A stretch of 49,943 nt of DNA from Nemertoderma westbladi (lineage: Eukaryota > Animalia > Xenacoelomorpha). Position 1 is the first letter of the stretch. The number at the start of each line of letters is the position of its first letter. Both the position numbers and the translations under genes were made by a program. Shown in pieces: positions 11,099 to 24,577 of this stretch. The notes below the pieces were generated by a model that was not told the DNA's origin, did not search any database, and saw only the letters and a list, made by a program, of their open reading frames with translations. The DNA is taken from the NCBI GenBank assembly GCA_032718475.1, contig JAUCBJ010006734.1, positions 1-49,943 of the forward strand, in the 5' to 3' direction.

Positions 11099-11748
11099 AC
11101 CAGTCAGCTGCCCGATACCGAGTGATAAGATTCCAAGCTACCTCAAACTGTAACTGCCAGCCACCGACAAAGAAGATGAGTCGAGAAGGAGAAATGACAC
11201 CGCCGCGACGCGACGGCACCGACCCACGACGGCGGAGCCGTCGACCAGGGACGACCCGTTTGCGGATGTAGCAAGCTATTTTTCTCCGCAATATACCGAG
11301 TAGGTATTTTAGCGGACATAACAAGCGATTTTGCCCGCTATGTCTGCATGTGTGCTTTAGCGGACATAAAAAGCCATTTTTCTCCGCAATAAGCTCAAAT
11401 ACTCTAAACATCGGAACTCAGATGACGACATCTATCAGCTGTGTCCACGTGTAACTTTTTCTTTGTTCTTTGTTCGTTCTTTGTTCGGTCGACCAATCAG
11501 AGCGGTTTTCACTCTGTGTTGGACATTATATACAGAAACTCACGCAATTCAGTCAGTATGTATTTTCCCTAAGCCTAGAACACCGGCTGTGGAATTATTC
11601 TGTGTTTTAGACTTTAGCCAAACATTAGTAGGCTTTGATCATAGAAATGTATAACTGTTATCAAACCAAACTGGCATACAGCCCATATCATACCATACAT
11701 ACCTTTCACCGCATTATTTTACTGCTATTTACTGTCGGTTACTAATTA

Positions 11749-13934
11749 CAGTCCCAATCCCAATAAACATTAACTTGGTCGTTTTGGCGGCCAAAATGAC
11801 CAAAATCACCAAAAAAAATGTAGTGTATTCCTATGGGCTACTTGGTCGTTTTGGCGAAGCGATTTAACTCGAATCAGCTCAATCCAGACAGTCTGTCTCC
11901 TTGGCCATCCATTTGGTGGATCTGACTAAATGTCGGCTCGCTTTCATTTTTATTATTGACAGATTGTTAACTTACCCGGCGCTGAGCCTTGCAGTACTGG
12001 AGTCCGCCCACTGAGGCATTAATAGAGTACACAGTCTTATAAAAGGAGTTGAATGGAGTATTAAAGGGGGAGTATGTATAATAATCTGAACGTCCCGAAA
12101 TTAATTTATGGACGTCCCGAAATTAATCTATCAACCAATGAGAATCGTAATGAAATAACTAATTAATGGACGTCCGGGATGGGATGTTAATTTCGGAAAT
12201 TAATTTCAATAATATTTTTTTTTATAATAAAAATTATTTTTAATATTTTTTTACAATGTATAATTCGCGGACACTGCGGGGTGACTACAAAACAAAGACC
12301 CAATTATAAAGACCTGCATAATCTTGTTACATGTATTAATTTTCGTTAATTGTTTTGAATCCCCCGTCACGCCTCTGTAACTTGCTCCTTTACTAACCTG
12401 CTCCTTTAAATAGCAATGGTACATAACGCTCATTGTGACCTGTACAAAACAAAGAGGTAAAGTCGCGTTACGTCCCAAAGAGCGTTAGGTTCCAAAGAGC
12501 TTTATTTCCCATTGCCAGAGAGCGTGAGGTCGCATTGCGGAACAATTGGGGAACCAAAACAATAAACGAAAGTTAACACATGTGTTTTGTATTTGTACAG
12601 GTCTTTATTATTTGGGTCGTTGGTCTTTGTTTTGTAGTCACCCGACACTGTGGTGTTGCGTGGGGGCCACCAATCCACCCACCCGCACTCAACTCCCAAC
12701 TTCCTGGACACTAGGATACTGAGTGAAAGGGTCTGAAACTACTACAGGAACTCCATGACATACTATGGGCTAGCGACTAGGGACTGGCGCCCTTGAACAT
12801 GTAAACTGTAGTACCTACTGTACCACCTACCTTAAAGTGACCTGTGGGACCAGCCCATATTAGTGAGGTCGGCATTTCTCTTTATCCTGCCGCTCTCTTT
12901 GTATTACAATAGCATACAGCTAACCAATGGCAATGGTCTACCCCCAGTGCGGGAAAGACAAGCTGGCTTCCATTGAAATGAATAGGGGAAGGATAATATG
13001 GTGTGTTCGTGTTCCCAACCTAATGTCTGTCGTCTTGGCTCAGCTAAGCTTAAACAGAGCCACAGCCTACAATAGAGCTTTACCTAAATACACTTCCAGT
13101 GAGCCAAGCAGTAGTGGCGGGTTAGCTCCAAAATGCCCATGTAGGATTTCTTCGAAAAAGGACCAATTGGTTGAGTTACGAGTTACAGTGAAAAAGTATT
13201 CATGATTAGATTTTGCTTTGAACAGGAGAAACAGTCAACAAAAATCCAATAAATGCTCCTCTGTTCAGTTCTGTTCTGAGTAACCTTGACACATAATTTT
13301 GTTTGACATAAAAAAAAGTTGCAATATATTTTGAATCGAATGTTGTAACAACTTTTAAAATTACTGAATAAAAACAGGAAATAAAATACTAAAAAAATAA
13401 AAAAGAATACTAATTATTTGTATGCTATATAACTGAAAAAATGGATTTCGACCAAATAGCGCTCGATTCTCTGGTGTTCAGCAGGTTCAAAGTCCCCTGT
13501 TTCTATGGGTATTATTATTATTATTATTATGGGCAGTATTGCAATATATTTTCCCTAGGAAATAATATTTTTATTTTGTTAACTATATATTCGAGTCGGC
13601 GTGAAATACGCCGTGAAATAAAGTAAACTCAATGATGGAATAAGGGGTATTATATAACATGGCATGATTTAAAGTAACAACAGTATACGGAACTGTCCCG
13701 GGGGGGGGGGGGGGGGGGGGGGAGGGTTTGTGAGGGAATGTCCGGAAATCGAAGCCTTTTTCTATCTGCCAACATCCTGGGCTTTACTTACACTCAGCCT
13801 CTATTCACTGGCTGTGATTGACAAGCCAACTTGCCTCAGAAGTTCCTTTCATGAATGCCGCAATTTATATTTGGCCATTTTGGTCGTTTTGGCCGCCAAA
13901 ATGACCAAGTTAATGTTTATTGGGATTGGGACTG
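11749..13934. mobile_element. Non-autonomous Tc1/mariner-pogo-type DNA transposon
   Basis: About 58-bp TIR CAGTCCCAATCCCAATAAACATTAACTTGGTC.../...GACCAAGTTAATGTTTATTGGGATTGGGACTG; TA duplication; empty site ACTAAT-TA-TATCAG near 27935-27948. Confidence 0.92.
12279..12643. mobile_element. MULE/Mutator-like MITE nested in the TA transposon
   Basis: Perfect 22-bp TIR GGGTGACTACAAAACAAAGACC with longer degenerate inverted arms; 9-bp TSD GACACTGCG/GACACTGTG (one CpG transition). Confidence 0.8.
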
Positions 13935-14579
13935 TATATCAGTTGATAGAATATTGTTATATTTGGAGAATATCGATAAATAATCAGAAAACCCCAATCT
14001 TCTTGATATACTGAAGGTTAGAGAGACCGGTTACATATAACAATTGCGACTTACATTAAAGTGGTTTTGGAGTGAATTTAATGCTATTTCATAGGCCCTA
14101 CAGGTGTCAGTTGCTGTTCTCTTTATATGTGACTAAAATTAGTGAAGGTCGGCAGATCGGTGTGCAGTATTGTGCGGTAGTGTGCATGAGTGTGATAGAT
14201 AACAAAGCATCTCCTAAAGAATGCGCTTTATACGTGAATCAATAGCCATCCTGTTGTGCTTAGTGTAAGTCATAACTCTGTTTACATACTTAGAGCGCCA
14301 CGTCCTAAAGGAACTGTTAATATTTTCCGAAAGTGAATAATATTTGTCAGAGATTATATATTAACGATCAATCGAATAATACAGTAGGCCTACACCGCAA
14401 TAAGGTCAGAGCATCCGAATCCAGTCTCCCGGGTATATCCAGCGGGTGAATGGTCGCGCATAGGCTGGCTTCGGCTAATGTAGTGTATCCAATACTCGTC
14501 ATAGGCTAAAGTCGATTTATAACCTAGAAGACACCTAAATTTGGCAGGTTAAACTGCTAAAGGTCTGAAAGCGCGAACA

Positions 14580-14591
14580 ATAACAGTTATA
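14580..14591 (+). other. Non-tRNA primer-binding position of copy A, complementary to LTR 11650-11661
   Basis: ATAACAGTTATA is the reverse complement of TATAACTGTTAT. Confidence 0.7.
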
Positions 14592-14912
14592 ACTTCTGTA
14601 TTGCAACGTAGGCAATAAAGCTGAAGTACCGGTCGACCGGTAACCAGTAGGCCTGACTACCTAACCACCCGGACCGGTACTTACAGCAGTACAGGTACAG
14701 CAGTATTATTCGATTTTGATAATTATATACCGGTAGGTCTTAATATTTAATTGGGGACGCCTGGTTTTTATTGGGGTTTTACTTAGGCTTATTTCTGTCA
14801 GTTTTATTTATTTGTAAGTTGATATTGAGCAGAAGGCGTGTAAGCCTGCTCAGATTGTACAGATAATTTGTAGGCTGGACTGTTGTCTGACTGTTGTTAA
14901 GTCTGAAGGGAT

Positions 14913-16845
14913 CAGCTGCGTAGCCAGGAATTTCCCACGGTAGGGTCCCAGACCCCAAATTGTAAATCATATTTATAGTAGTTGTGGGTGTGGGGGAAGA
15001 GCCCCCCCCCCCCCAGCGTAGTCCAGGTGTGATTGTTTGGAATTTTAACAAAATGCCCGCCACACGTGATGTGTAATGTTTAGTAGGGTACGCAGCAAAC
15101 TTCGCCCGCAGACAATCTTCTCCCGCGAGCAACCATCGCCAACTAAACAATTATTGTTTTGGTTAGAAAAAGCCGTTTCTGTAACCTGCTCCTTACCTTA
15201 AATTGGTAACAACATCGTTTATTGTTTTGGTTAGAAGAAGCCGTCTCTGTAACCAGCTCCTTTCCCTTAATAGGTAACTAAAATGGTTACTAACACAAAT
15301 CTTATTGGGCGAAGGTTGTTCGTGGTGGAAGATTGCCTTGCGGGCGAAGGTTTTCCCCAGGGTGAAGTGTGGACGTGGGCGAATATTGGACGCGGGTGAA
15401 GGTTGTACTCGGGCGAAGGTTGCACCCAACCTGTAGCCTGTAGTACAGTAGTCGGTATACTACTCATTCTGAGTAATGCGCACCAGTACATGTTCATTCC
15501 CCCAGCCAGTAAAGTCACATACAAGTTTACATACGGTCATTTAATTTGGCTTAATTGGAAAGATTAAAAATAATACTTTAATTATAACAGAAAGTTTTTA
15601 TGTTTCAAGAAACTGCTATTCGCGTGTCATTTATCCCCCTGTCATTTAGCTTTAAATCATTAACATAATAATAGTTATACGGCATAGCAACTGGTCTGGT
15701 CGTCATGCTGTCATGGCTTTTCAGTAAATTTAATAATATTTCTATTAAGAACAGTTAACAGAGAACAGAACATTCTTAAAAACTAGTACTATAGGCCCTA
15801 CTACATGTATAAAAACATGTATTGATAACATAAAAGTATTGCAAAATGACAGTAGGCAAATTTCAATTCATGTCATTTAAATTAAGGGACGTAAAATTTA
15901 AATGTGCTTCCGTTTTTTAAATACCTTATTTACAAATCGGCAATTTCCATTTAGTTAAATGTCGCTTCGTGAAACAATCCCCCACCCCACACCATGGTAT
16001 ATTATTTTATAAACTGCCACATTTTGAAATTGAACTAATTATGGTACCGGTCAGCCGGTACATTATTAAATACACTTTTTTGATTTATTGAAAGTAAAAA
16101 AAAAAACGTTTTTTTGTTAAAAAAAATTAATGTTCTAATTAATTACATTTCAAAGTAATTTTCATGATATTAATAATATTATTGAATTAAAATAGCCACC
16201 CACCGACCCACCCCACAGGTTATTTAGTTGTGACTCGGCAAGACAAGCTACGCAATATCCAATCACATTGGTCAGTGTACCCAGAAAAAATTACATAATT
16301 AATTATATTACATCAGAGTCAGAGTGCCTATCTTATTTATGCTATCTTTCATTGGTATATGGGCGCCCCCCTGCAGTGGTCAATTGGGCTCTATTTCATT
16401 GCTTTACATTACAGACTATTAAACTGGTTGAGAGATTATATGATATATAGGCCTAAGTAATAAGCTGGGTTTCTAAGAACAGTGTATGATATTATGATGC
16501 CTTATCATGGGGGGGGGGGGGGGGGGGGCTGAGGGAATTATTGGCAGTATGGCTGGAGGCCTGGCTCCAACACTTTGATGGGATATATGGTCTCCTTTCT
16601 ACTACTTATTTTCTTTGGCAACCTGCCTGGGATATTGTGGATTGTATCTGGTCTGGGGTCGGGCTCCTTTCCAAAGCAACTTCAACTTCGAATATTTTCT
16701 AATATTCGGTTTATTGCACTTGTCATTATAATTTTTTTAATTTAATGGAACTTGACGATGTCAAAATGCTCTCAGAGTTAGTGTAAGTTGGAATCTCCAT
16801 GGTAGGGTCCCGGGACCCTGGGACCCTACCCTCGCTATGCTAGTG
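14913..16845. mobile_element. Non-autonomous hAT-like DNA transposon in the leader of copy A
   Basis: Perfect 8-bp TSD GAAGGGAT (14905-14912, 16846-16853); imperfect TIR CAGCTGCGTAGC/GCTATGCTAGTG; subterminal GGTAGGGTCCC at both ends; absent from the homologous site in copy B (near 44066). Confidence 0.88.
15087..15431. mobile_element. Degenerate MITE-like insert with GGGCGAAG subrepeats
   Basis: Left arm has CTTCGCCC-type units, right arm has GGGCGAAGG units about every 16 bp; GGT...ACC ends; TSD unclear. Confidence 0.5.
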
Positions 16846-16853
16846 GAAGGGAT

Positions 16854-17390
16854 TGCAGTGTGTGTAGAGTGTATGTCCGATAAAGTACTAGTTAGGAAAG
16901 TGGGTGGCATCCAGTGCTGTAAGGTAAATCCCCCTGAAAGAATAAGTCGTACTACTCGGTTAGAACGCATACTAACTAACCATTTCGGAGTCTGCATATA
17001 CTGTGGTTTATTTAGGCTTGATAGTAGTCTGCCAGCGTTTAGTCTGTATTTTTGTTTGTGTAGTCTGTACGGGTACCGTAATATTTGTTATTCAGATAAT
17101 TTGTAGGCTGGATTTTTGTCTGGCTGTTGTTGGGTCTGAAGAGATTGTGGTGTGTGTAGAGTGTATGTCCGATAAAGTACTAGTTAGGAAAGTGGGTGGC
17201 ATCCAGTGCTGTAAGGTAAATCCCCCTGAAAGAATACGTCGTACTACTCGGTTAGAACGCATACTAACTAACCATTTCGGAGTCTGCATATACTGTAATT
17301 TGTTTAGGCTTGATAGTAGTCTGCCAGCATTTGGTTTGTATTTTGTTTGTGTAGTCTGTGCGGGTAGCGTAATATTTATTATTCAGAGTT
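16854..17390 (+). repeat. About 292-bp tandem duplication in the element leader (also in copy B, about 44025-44600)
   Basis: GTGTGTGTAGAGTGTATGTCCGATAAAG...CATTTCGGAGTCTGCATATAC occurs twice. Confidence 0.85.
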
Positions 17391-18332
17391 TATGCGATTA
17401 TTCGCAACATTCATACCCCCAAGTTTATTCCTACAGTAATTGTGCTTGTTATACATACCGTTATAGTTAAATTAACCCCGGTACTACATCAGGGCTGTTT
17501 GGCGTAGGTAAAGACTGGAGATTTTATGCTTTGGTCACTCTGGCAGATACCGTGGTTCTTTTAGCTGTACAAGTATTTTTAACTGCTGATTATTTATTGT
17601 ATAAGTACTTGTACCTAATTTAGGGTTTAGTGTACAGTGCTTTCCGAAGGTAATTAGTGTGTAGGCAGTATATTTGTGTTGTAAAGTGGTTAATAGGCAC
17701 GTTGGCTCTGGTAGGCCGCGGTAATTAACTTCTAGGTAGGAACACTCCGTGATACATAACGTAGTACTTATAGCGATACGGCTATAAGTCGTCAGACGGT
17801 GGTATTTTTCCTATCTGGACAACGTAGTATATTTACTACTGCTTTGTTATTTTCAAATACCGTAGTATCCTGTCTGTTTGTAATAACCAGATATTCTAAC
17901 CCTTTGTTAGGCTGGTTTGTAGACTTCTTGTAAAATTACCCTAAAAATTCGTACGTGTAATTTTTGTGTTTATTTAGAGATTGTAATCTCACCCCGAATT
18001 GTACGTAATTTGTAGTATTAAGTAACTTAGGCAAATTAGAATTATTTGTTTTAGTGTCCAACAAGTAGCACTTCACTGAGAGCGTACAGCTTCTGTGCAG
18101 TGACTCTTTCCCAGAAATAATAACATTTATTTCAAATATTGACAAAAACCCATTAAACGGGTATATATATTATAAATCAACTCAAACCGATTTATAAAAT
18201 AGTAGGCCTGTCACACAACAATTAGGTCTTAATATCAGTTGGACTACTGCTTAAATAACGGTAATAAGGTAAAGTAAAGTAACCAAGTAACCCCTAAAAT
18301 TCAGAAATTCAATTATTCTAAAATAATTGACA

Positions 18333-18830
18333 TACCGGTATTTACAATAGGCTTATTATATTTATTTCTATAAATTTGCGCTGAAATTATATACCGGTAT
18401 TCTGTAATTAATTCTAGTCTGTAATTATACTTATATATACTATAAGTGTAAGCTGTATACCAGTATTCATGATAGGCTTATTATATATTTATATATTTGA
18501 GCTGAAATTATATACCGGTATTCTGTAATTAATTCTAGTCTGTAATTATACTTATATATACTATAAGTGTAAGCTGTATACCGGTATTCACGATAGGCTT
18601 ATTATATATTTATATATTTGCGCTGAAATTATATACCGGTATTCTGTAATTAATTCTAGTCTGTAATTATACTTATATATACTATAAGTGTAAGCTGTAT
18701 ACCGGTATTCACGATAGGCTTATTATATATTTATATATTTGCGCTGAAATTATATACCGGTATTCTGTGACAAACCTAGTCTGTAATAATACTTATATAT
18801 ACTATAAGTATATACCGGTACTCTAATATA
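18333..18830. repeat. 121-bp AT-rich tandem repeat (about 4 units) just upstream of gag in copy A
   Basis: ATAGGCTTATTATAT recurs near 18347, 18472, 18593 and 18714; about 2 units in copy B (45535-45780). Confidence 0.9.
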
Positions 18831-18957
18831 TTGTATATATATCACATTACATAAAGTAACGATATCGGTAATTAATTACTAGGCTAACAGTGATACTGAA
18901 TTACTAGACTAGCTTTAACTGTAATATAGCAGTAGGCATTCAACTGTACAAACAAAC

Positions 18958-21900
18958 ATGTCTGACACAAAGCAAAACCTGTCGGACAGTCTCCTAGATA
19001 CAACCATCTGTGACCCAGGTAGGAGTGTGGAACGTGTGAGACCGAAGTTCAACTCACCTCCTACTGTAAGAAAGATCATCCCTCCAGTAGTAGTATCAGA
19101 CCCTAGGCTAGTCCAACACCGTAGGTCTATCATAGGCACTCGAGCTCAAGTCAAGCGAGACCAAGAAGCAGCTGTTGAACAGCAGCAACACTCGAGCCGA
19201 GAACTTATTTCTCAGCAGCCCGACAGCTCCAGTAGTGCGGATACTGTAGAGCTGACACCCGAGCGCGGAGCTAAGATGGCAAATGCGGTTTATTCAGATC
19301 CCCTTCTCATCCTTCCTGCAGCCGTACTCACTAGGGTATTGATTGCGGTGGAGGAACACCAAATTGATTGGGCGAGAAGTAAGCGATCGACCAAGGATAG
19401 TTATGCGGGATACACAAGGGAGGAACTGAAGTCTATTGTCGAGTCGCAATGGAACTTCCCCGGACCCGGACTCCCGTTTGACTTATCGGAAGCTGCCTGG
19501 GAAGACATACACAGGATGGGAGTGACAAAAGACACCAGTGATCCAGCTGTATGGAAGAGGTCGGCAGCAGGATACGTACAGGGATTCTTCAGCTCTTTGG
19601 AGCGATTAGAGGAACAACTGTTTCGACAACCCCAAGGACCTCAAGAGTAGGGAGAGCTGCTTTATCAAGTTTGAGAAAGAATTCTAAGAATCAGACTAAT
19701 CCTATCGGCCTTTGAGGAAGCTTCGAAAAGAAGACAAGACACGTCGTTGCAAGTTGCTGTAAAGACTTGGTTCCAGCTGGTGAGTCTCCAGGTTCAAGGA
19801 ACGGCCCAGTGGAAATCTCGGCTGGCTGAGCGCTCGACCCATGGAGAATCAACAGATGCTACCTTTTCCCAAGTGGAAAGTGAAGCGACAGCAGAGAAAC
19901 CGCATGAGAGGGACGCTATTGACATCTATCTGTCAGACTATCAACGATTTCTAGGTGATGAAGAGTTGAGGAGACGGCTGGCTGGACTTCGCCCCAATAG
20001 TGAAGGAGCCAAGTTTGTGCTGGACGCAATAGATGCGGAAATGTTAGCTGCGAACCAAGCTAAATTTGATGAAAGCATCCGCATCGCTAAGGTTCAAGAA
20101 GAACAAGTAAAGAAAAAACGTTAGAAGACAGAAAGACAGCAGCAGCGGCAGCGGCAGAGGCAGAAGCGGAAAGAAAGGCAGCAGAAGTGGAAAAGAAAGC
20201 GGCAATGGCAGCGGCAGAAGCGGAAAGAAAGGCGGTAGAAGAGGAAAGAAAAGTGGCAGCGGCAGAGGCAGAAGCGGAAAGAAAAGCGGCCGAAGTGGAA
20301 AGAAAAGCGGCAGTGGCAGCGGCAGAAGTGGAAAGAAAAGCGGCAGAAGCAGAAAGAAAAGCGCCAGTGGCAGAAGCAGAACGGAGGGCATCTGAAGAGA
20401 CAACCCAACTAGAGTTGGAAAATCTTCAAGAGAGGCAAGACAACTTCAATAAACAGATAACAGCCAGTCGGATGCAGCTGATAAGTCGATCCACCCCCAA
20501 GCGACAGGGCTTTACATCATCGGATGAAGGCGATACAACAGATCCAGAAGGCGGAGGAAATAGATCTCGTCTCAGCAGGCGTAGAAGAATGCCCCACCGT
20601 CAGAAATTGCCTGATTTGCCCCCAGCTGTTAGAAGGCAACTAGCTAGCACAGACTTAGGTAGTACAGAACCCACAGACCAAATTATTCAAATAGAAAGAC
20701 TCCCTACTATAGTAGATGAGCCTGAAATAATTAGGCCTGTTCTCGAAGCCACCCCTTCGGTGATAGAGACACCTGTACTCCCAGAACCTACCTCTAAATT
20801 CCCTTTGCACAGTACTAAACTACCTGTGCCCAGTAGGACTGTTCCCGAGTCCGAACCCGTCCTGGACGCCGAGCGAGATATCAAGAACTTATCGCCCGTC
20901 GTCTCTCGCTCGCCTGCTACTACGTTGGCGACTCCCGCTTCGGCGGTCGAGTGGGTAGCTGAGGGACGACGGGAGATGGGTCTCCTGCTCAGGCAGTTGA
21001 GGGAACACCGTAAGTGCTCCTCTCAGCAGGTCCGGGAGATGGAAGGAACTGTTCAGCAGTTCAAGGGCACAGTAAGGGAAAGTAGGTTAGAGTTGCAAGA
21101 AGTGCAGCAGAGTATCGCGTTAGAACGCGATAAATTAGTAAATACCCAAAGGGGTATACCACCACCCCCGGTAACAATGTGTCAACCTGTTAGGTCTGAA
21201 GTATTTCATGCGCAAGGTGTGGAGCCTACATGCATCTATACTGCTACTGAAGTGGAAACTCCTATAGTAAACCCTATTAAGGGTAATTATAAACCTGTTG
21301 ACAATGATATTCCATATAGACTTGATAATAATCCGAGAAATTTATATACCGATAACTCGATATTAAATAATACGATGGCCCAAGAAAGTTTTACGCGTCA
21401 AATGGCTAGAACCGAAGCCCGTCAAGCGGTAAAGGTGGGAGAGATCGTCAAGTTCAATGGAGATGAGATGAAATGGTTACCTTTTAATGAATATTACAAA
21501 GATAACATACAGAACTCTGTGCTATCTAACGGAGAGAAACTTAGATTCCTCATCGAGTGCTTGGAAGGATCTCCCAAGTTAATGGCGTTAAAGTTTATTG
21601 GACATCCAGATGGATTAAGACAAGTTTGGGATACCCTAAACATCAGGTATGGTAATAGGAATAACATAGCTAGGTATTTGTATGCAAAATTGGTAGCGCC
21701 CCGAAAGTTCATTAGCAGCGGGATTATAGAGTTTTCCGATGAGATTCAGGAGATCTGTAGACAATTAGATTGGCTAGGTAAGTCTCATGAATATCAGAGT
21801 TCTATGGTTATTGGAGCCGTGGCCTCTACTTTACCAAAGGGTGGAGTAGGTACACGCTGGGATAAGAAAGTGTTATATATGATGGAACAACAACGACGAG

Positions 21901-24023
21901 ACCCTACCATGGCTGATCTCATGTCATTCTTAGATGGAGAAGTAAAATTACAGCTCCTAAAGCAGTCCAGAGAGAAGACACCGGAAAACAAGGTAAGTGA
22001 GAAACCCGTTTCTAGGAGAAAGGTAACACCAGTGTGTTATACCGACGACGGCGAAAGCCAGGCTTCTCAAGAAGAGGACAGCGGGAAAGACACTGAAAGA
22101 TCTTATTATGTCAACAAAACGCCTAAAGACGTAAGTAAATTCAAGTCTCGAACCAATGACAGGAGAGAACAGGTAAGAAAAACTCCTCCTACGTCTCCTA
22201 AGAGAATTCATGTAAGAAAGCCCGAAGAAAGAACGAGTGTGCACAACGTTACTCAAAATAAGGTAAGTAACATCAAACCGAAATGTGCGCTGTGTGACGG
22301 GCCCCACCGTTTGAATGTGTGTGATGAATTCCTAAAGAAATCATTAAAGGATAGACGGGAAGTCATGTGGGATAAGCGGTTGTGTTATAATTGCCTCAGA
22401 CAAGGACACCAACGGCGAACCTGTTACTCCGACGCAAGGTGTGCAAAGTGCGGCGCAAAACATCATATCTTGTTGCACACTGAATTCGAACGAAACAGCC
22501 CGAGTCAGGTAAGTGAGTCCGAACTACATGTCCAATTCAGTGATGTGAACGACACTGACCAAAGTTCTGAGATGGAAGGATTCTATACGGACGAATTCTC
22601 CGACGAAAACGAATCCTGTTACCTGATAAATACCGCAGTGTATCGAGCACTTACGTATGAAAAGGACACCGACAGCGAGCTCCCCCTAACTACTTCTGAC
22701 CGACAACCATCTTGGAAAGCACCAACTTCCAATGTAGGAATCCGAGAATTTCCCGTAGTGCAGTTGAGGGTCCACGGACCTGAAAGGAGTTATATAGTGA
22801 ACGCCCTCCTTGACTCCGGTAGCACAGGAACATTCATCGACAAAGAACTAGCCGAAGACATCTTTGCTGGACAACCCAAGTTCCGAACTAAGTTAAACAT
22901 GTCAGGAATTATGCAGGTTTGGAAATCTACAGTAATAGCAGATTATTATGTAGGTGCGTTGTCCACCCCCCAGGATGAACTAGGAGAACACAGTATAAGG
23001 TCAGTAAAAATGGTGGCGATAAAGAACTTCGCTACCAGCCAAGTAGAACCTTATAACTGGGATGAGGACGATTTCACCCAGCAGCTTAAGATACCTAGAT
23101 TCAACACAGACTACCCTGGAGTGCAAATACTCATCGGCCAAAATGCGCATGAGGCGCTTGAGACATTGGAGAAACGGCCTGCTCAACCGCAACCACTACA
23201 AGCCTATGCGGGAAGAACTAGAGTAGGTTGGTACTTTACTGGCCCTTCCCGTAGAACTCTCATGGAAAGGTTACCCAAAGAACGGGTATACCAAGTAAGT
23301 GAATGGGAAGCGGAGAGCAGTGAGGTGGACGACCCAACTGAGGGAACACCATACTCCTCAGATAATGACGATATTAACTCCAATGTAGATCAATGGAGAC
23401 ATTGCCCCGAGACGATTAATCTAGCCGACATCGCTTCCAGAGGAGCAACTCCTCAAGAACTGACAGATACTCCAGACTGGTTAGGTGGACCCGACTTCCT
23501 AAGTAAAGAAGATGAATGGCCTCCCCATCTTACCACGGCTGAGATTAGACAAGCCAAGGGAGCGGAGAAAGTCAAACCTAAAACCCGGACGAGTAAATCA
23601 AGGTTATTTAAACCCGTGATAGATCTGTCTGTACTACACATTGCCAGGGACGACGCTGTGGATCTAAACTCCCCCACCGCGAACCGATCTGTTGTGGAGA
23701 TCAGAGAGAGAGACTGGAGATCTGGAACACCAGACGTCTCGCCGGGACTCTCACCTCTCCTGCCGGGAGCGATGGACCACTATAGATCCTGGAATCGGCT
23801 TTGTAAGGCCGTCGTGTATTTGAAGCGATGTTTCTATCGTCACTATTCCAGGACGAAGAGGAAACCTGGAATTGTATTCGAAACACAACAACTCAATCGC
23901 CCAGTTGGTCGTTTATGTTTACTGGAAAGAGACCGAGAACTGTCCGGAAACTATGGAAGGCAAGATACTCTTCCCACGACCACCTCCCTAATCCAACAAA
24001 CATCTAGGGACTCCCCAACGTAA
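18958..24023 (+). pseudogene. Pao-type Gag-protease polyprotein of copy A (about 1690 aa reconstructed), lacking RT, RNase H core and integrase
   Basis: KFNGDEMKWLPF...EKLRFLIECLEG (Pao Gag core); triple Cys/His cluster CALCDGPH/CYNCLRQGH/CAKCGAKHHILLH; protease ALLDSGS; TAG at 19648 (CAG in copy B) and 1-nt deletion near 20121 relative to B. Confidence 0.9.
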
Positions 24024-24577
24024 CAGCGTCTGGAGTGGGTGTGTGACTATATTATTTTATATTTGTTTTTATTATTTTATATTTATGTATGTATTATTAT
24101 GTAATTTTATTATAATCGTTTTCTTTAATTTTATTTAGTAGAATGTTATTTTAGCGATTATTTAGTAGATTAGTGCAATATATATTCGCGTTTATTACTT
24201 AATTACTTATATATTATATATTTAGTGCGACGGCGAGAAATAATTCTTTTTCTCTTTCCTTACTGTCCGTATTACATTATAAATACGTGACTACAGTAAG
24301 ATGAAATATCCGTACTTATTAAAGTACAATAAAGCTCCTACTATATTCAAGTATTATTGGTAAGTAGAGTATTAGGAATGCAAAGTTCAGATCCTCGTGT
24401 CTCGGCTAAACCAAGCTCTGGGTAGACCTTGGAAACGACTTGCCTCTTCTCACTGACATTGCTTCTTGCGATATTGCTCTCATACCGTATATTAAATAAT
24501 ACATATAGTAGCGTGATGTCCCTTTAACAGTAGCGTAAAACGCAAAATAAATCTGTTAAACCTTTTGACCATCTGTA

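Larger units (their letters stand above)
11259..14579 (+). repeat. 5' LTR of copy A, interrupted by the DNA transposon at 11749-13934
   Basis: Matches 27107-28585 with about 10 differences by eye; ends GCGCGAACA; CCAAT near 11493, TATA-like near 11526. Confidence 0.92.

Noticed and set aside
12700-13300. Transposase ORF inside the TA transposon (12927-13205)
   Set aside because: No DDE/D or HTH motifs recognised
20044-20408. Antisense Leu/Pro-rich and Cys-rich ORFs (also 46997-47356 and many antisense to pol)
   Set aside because: Shadow frames of the gag coiled-coil repeat and pol coding sequence
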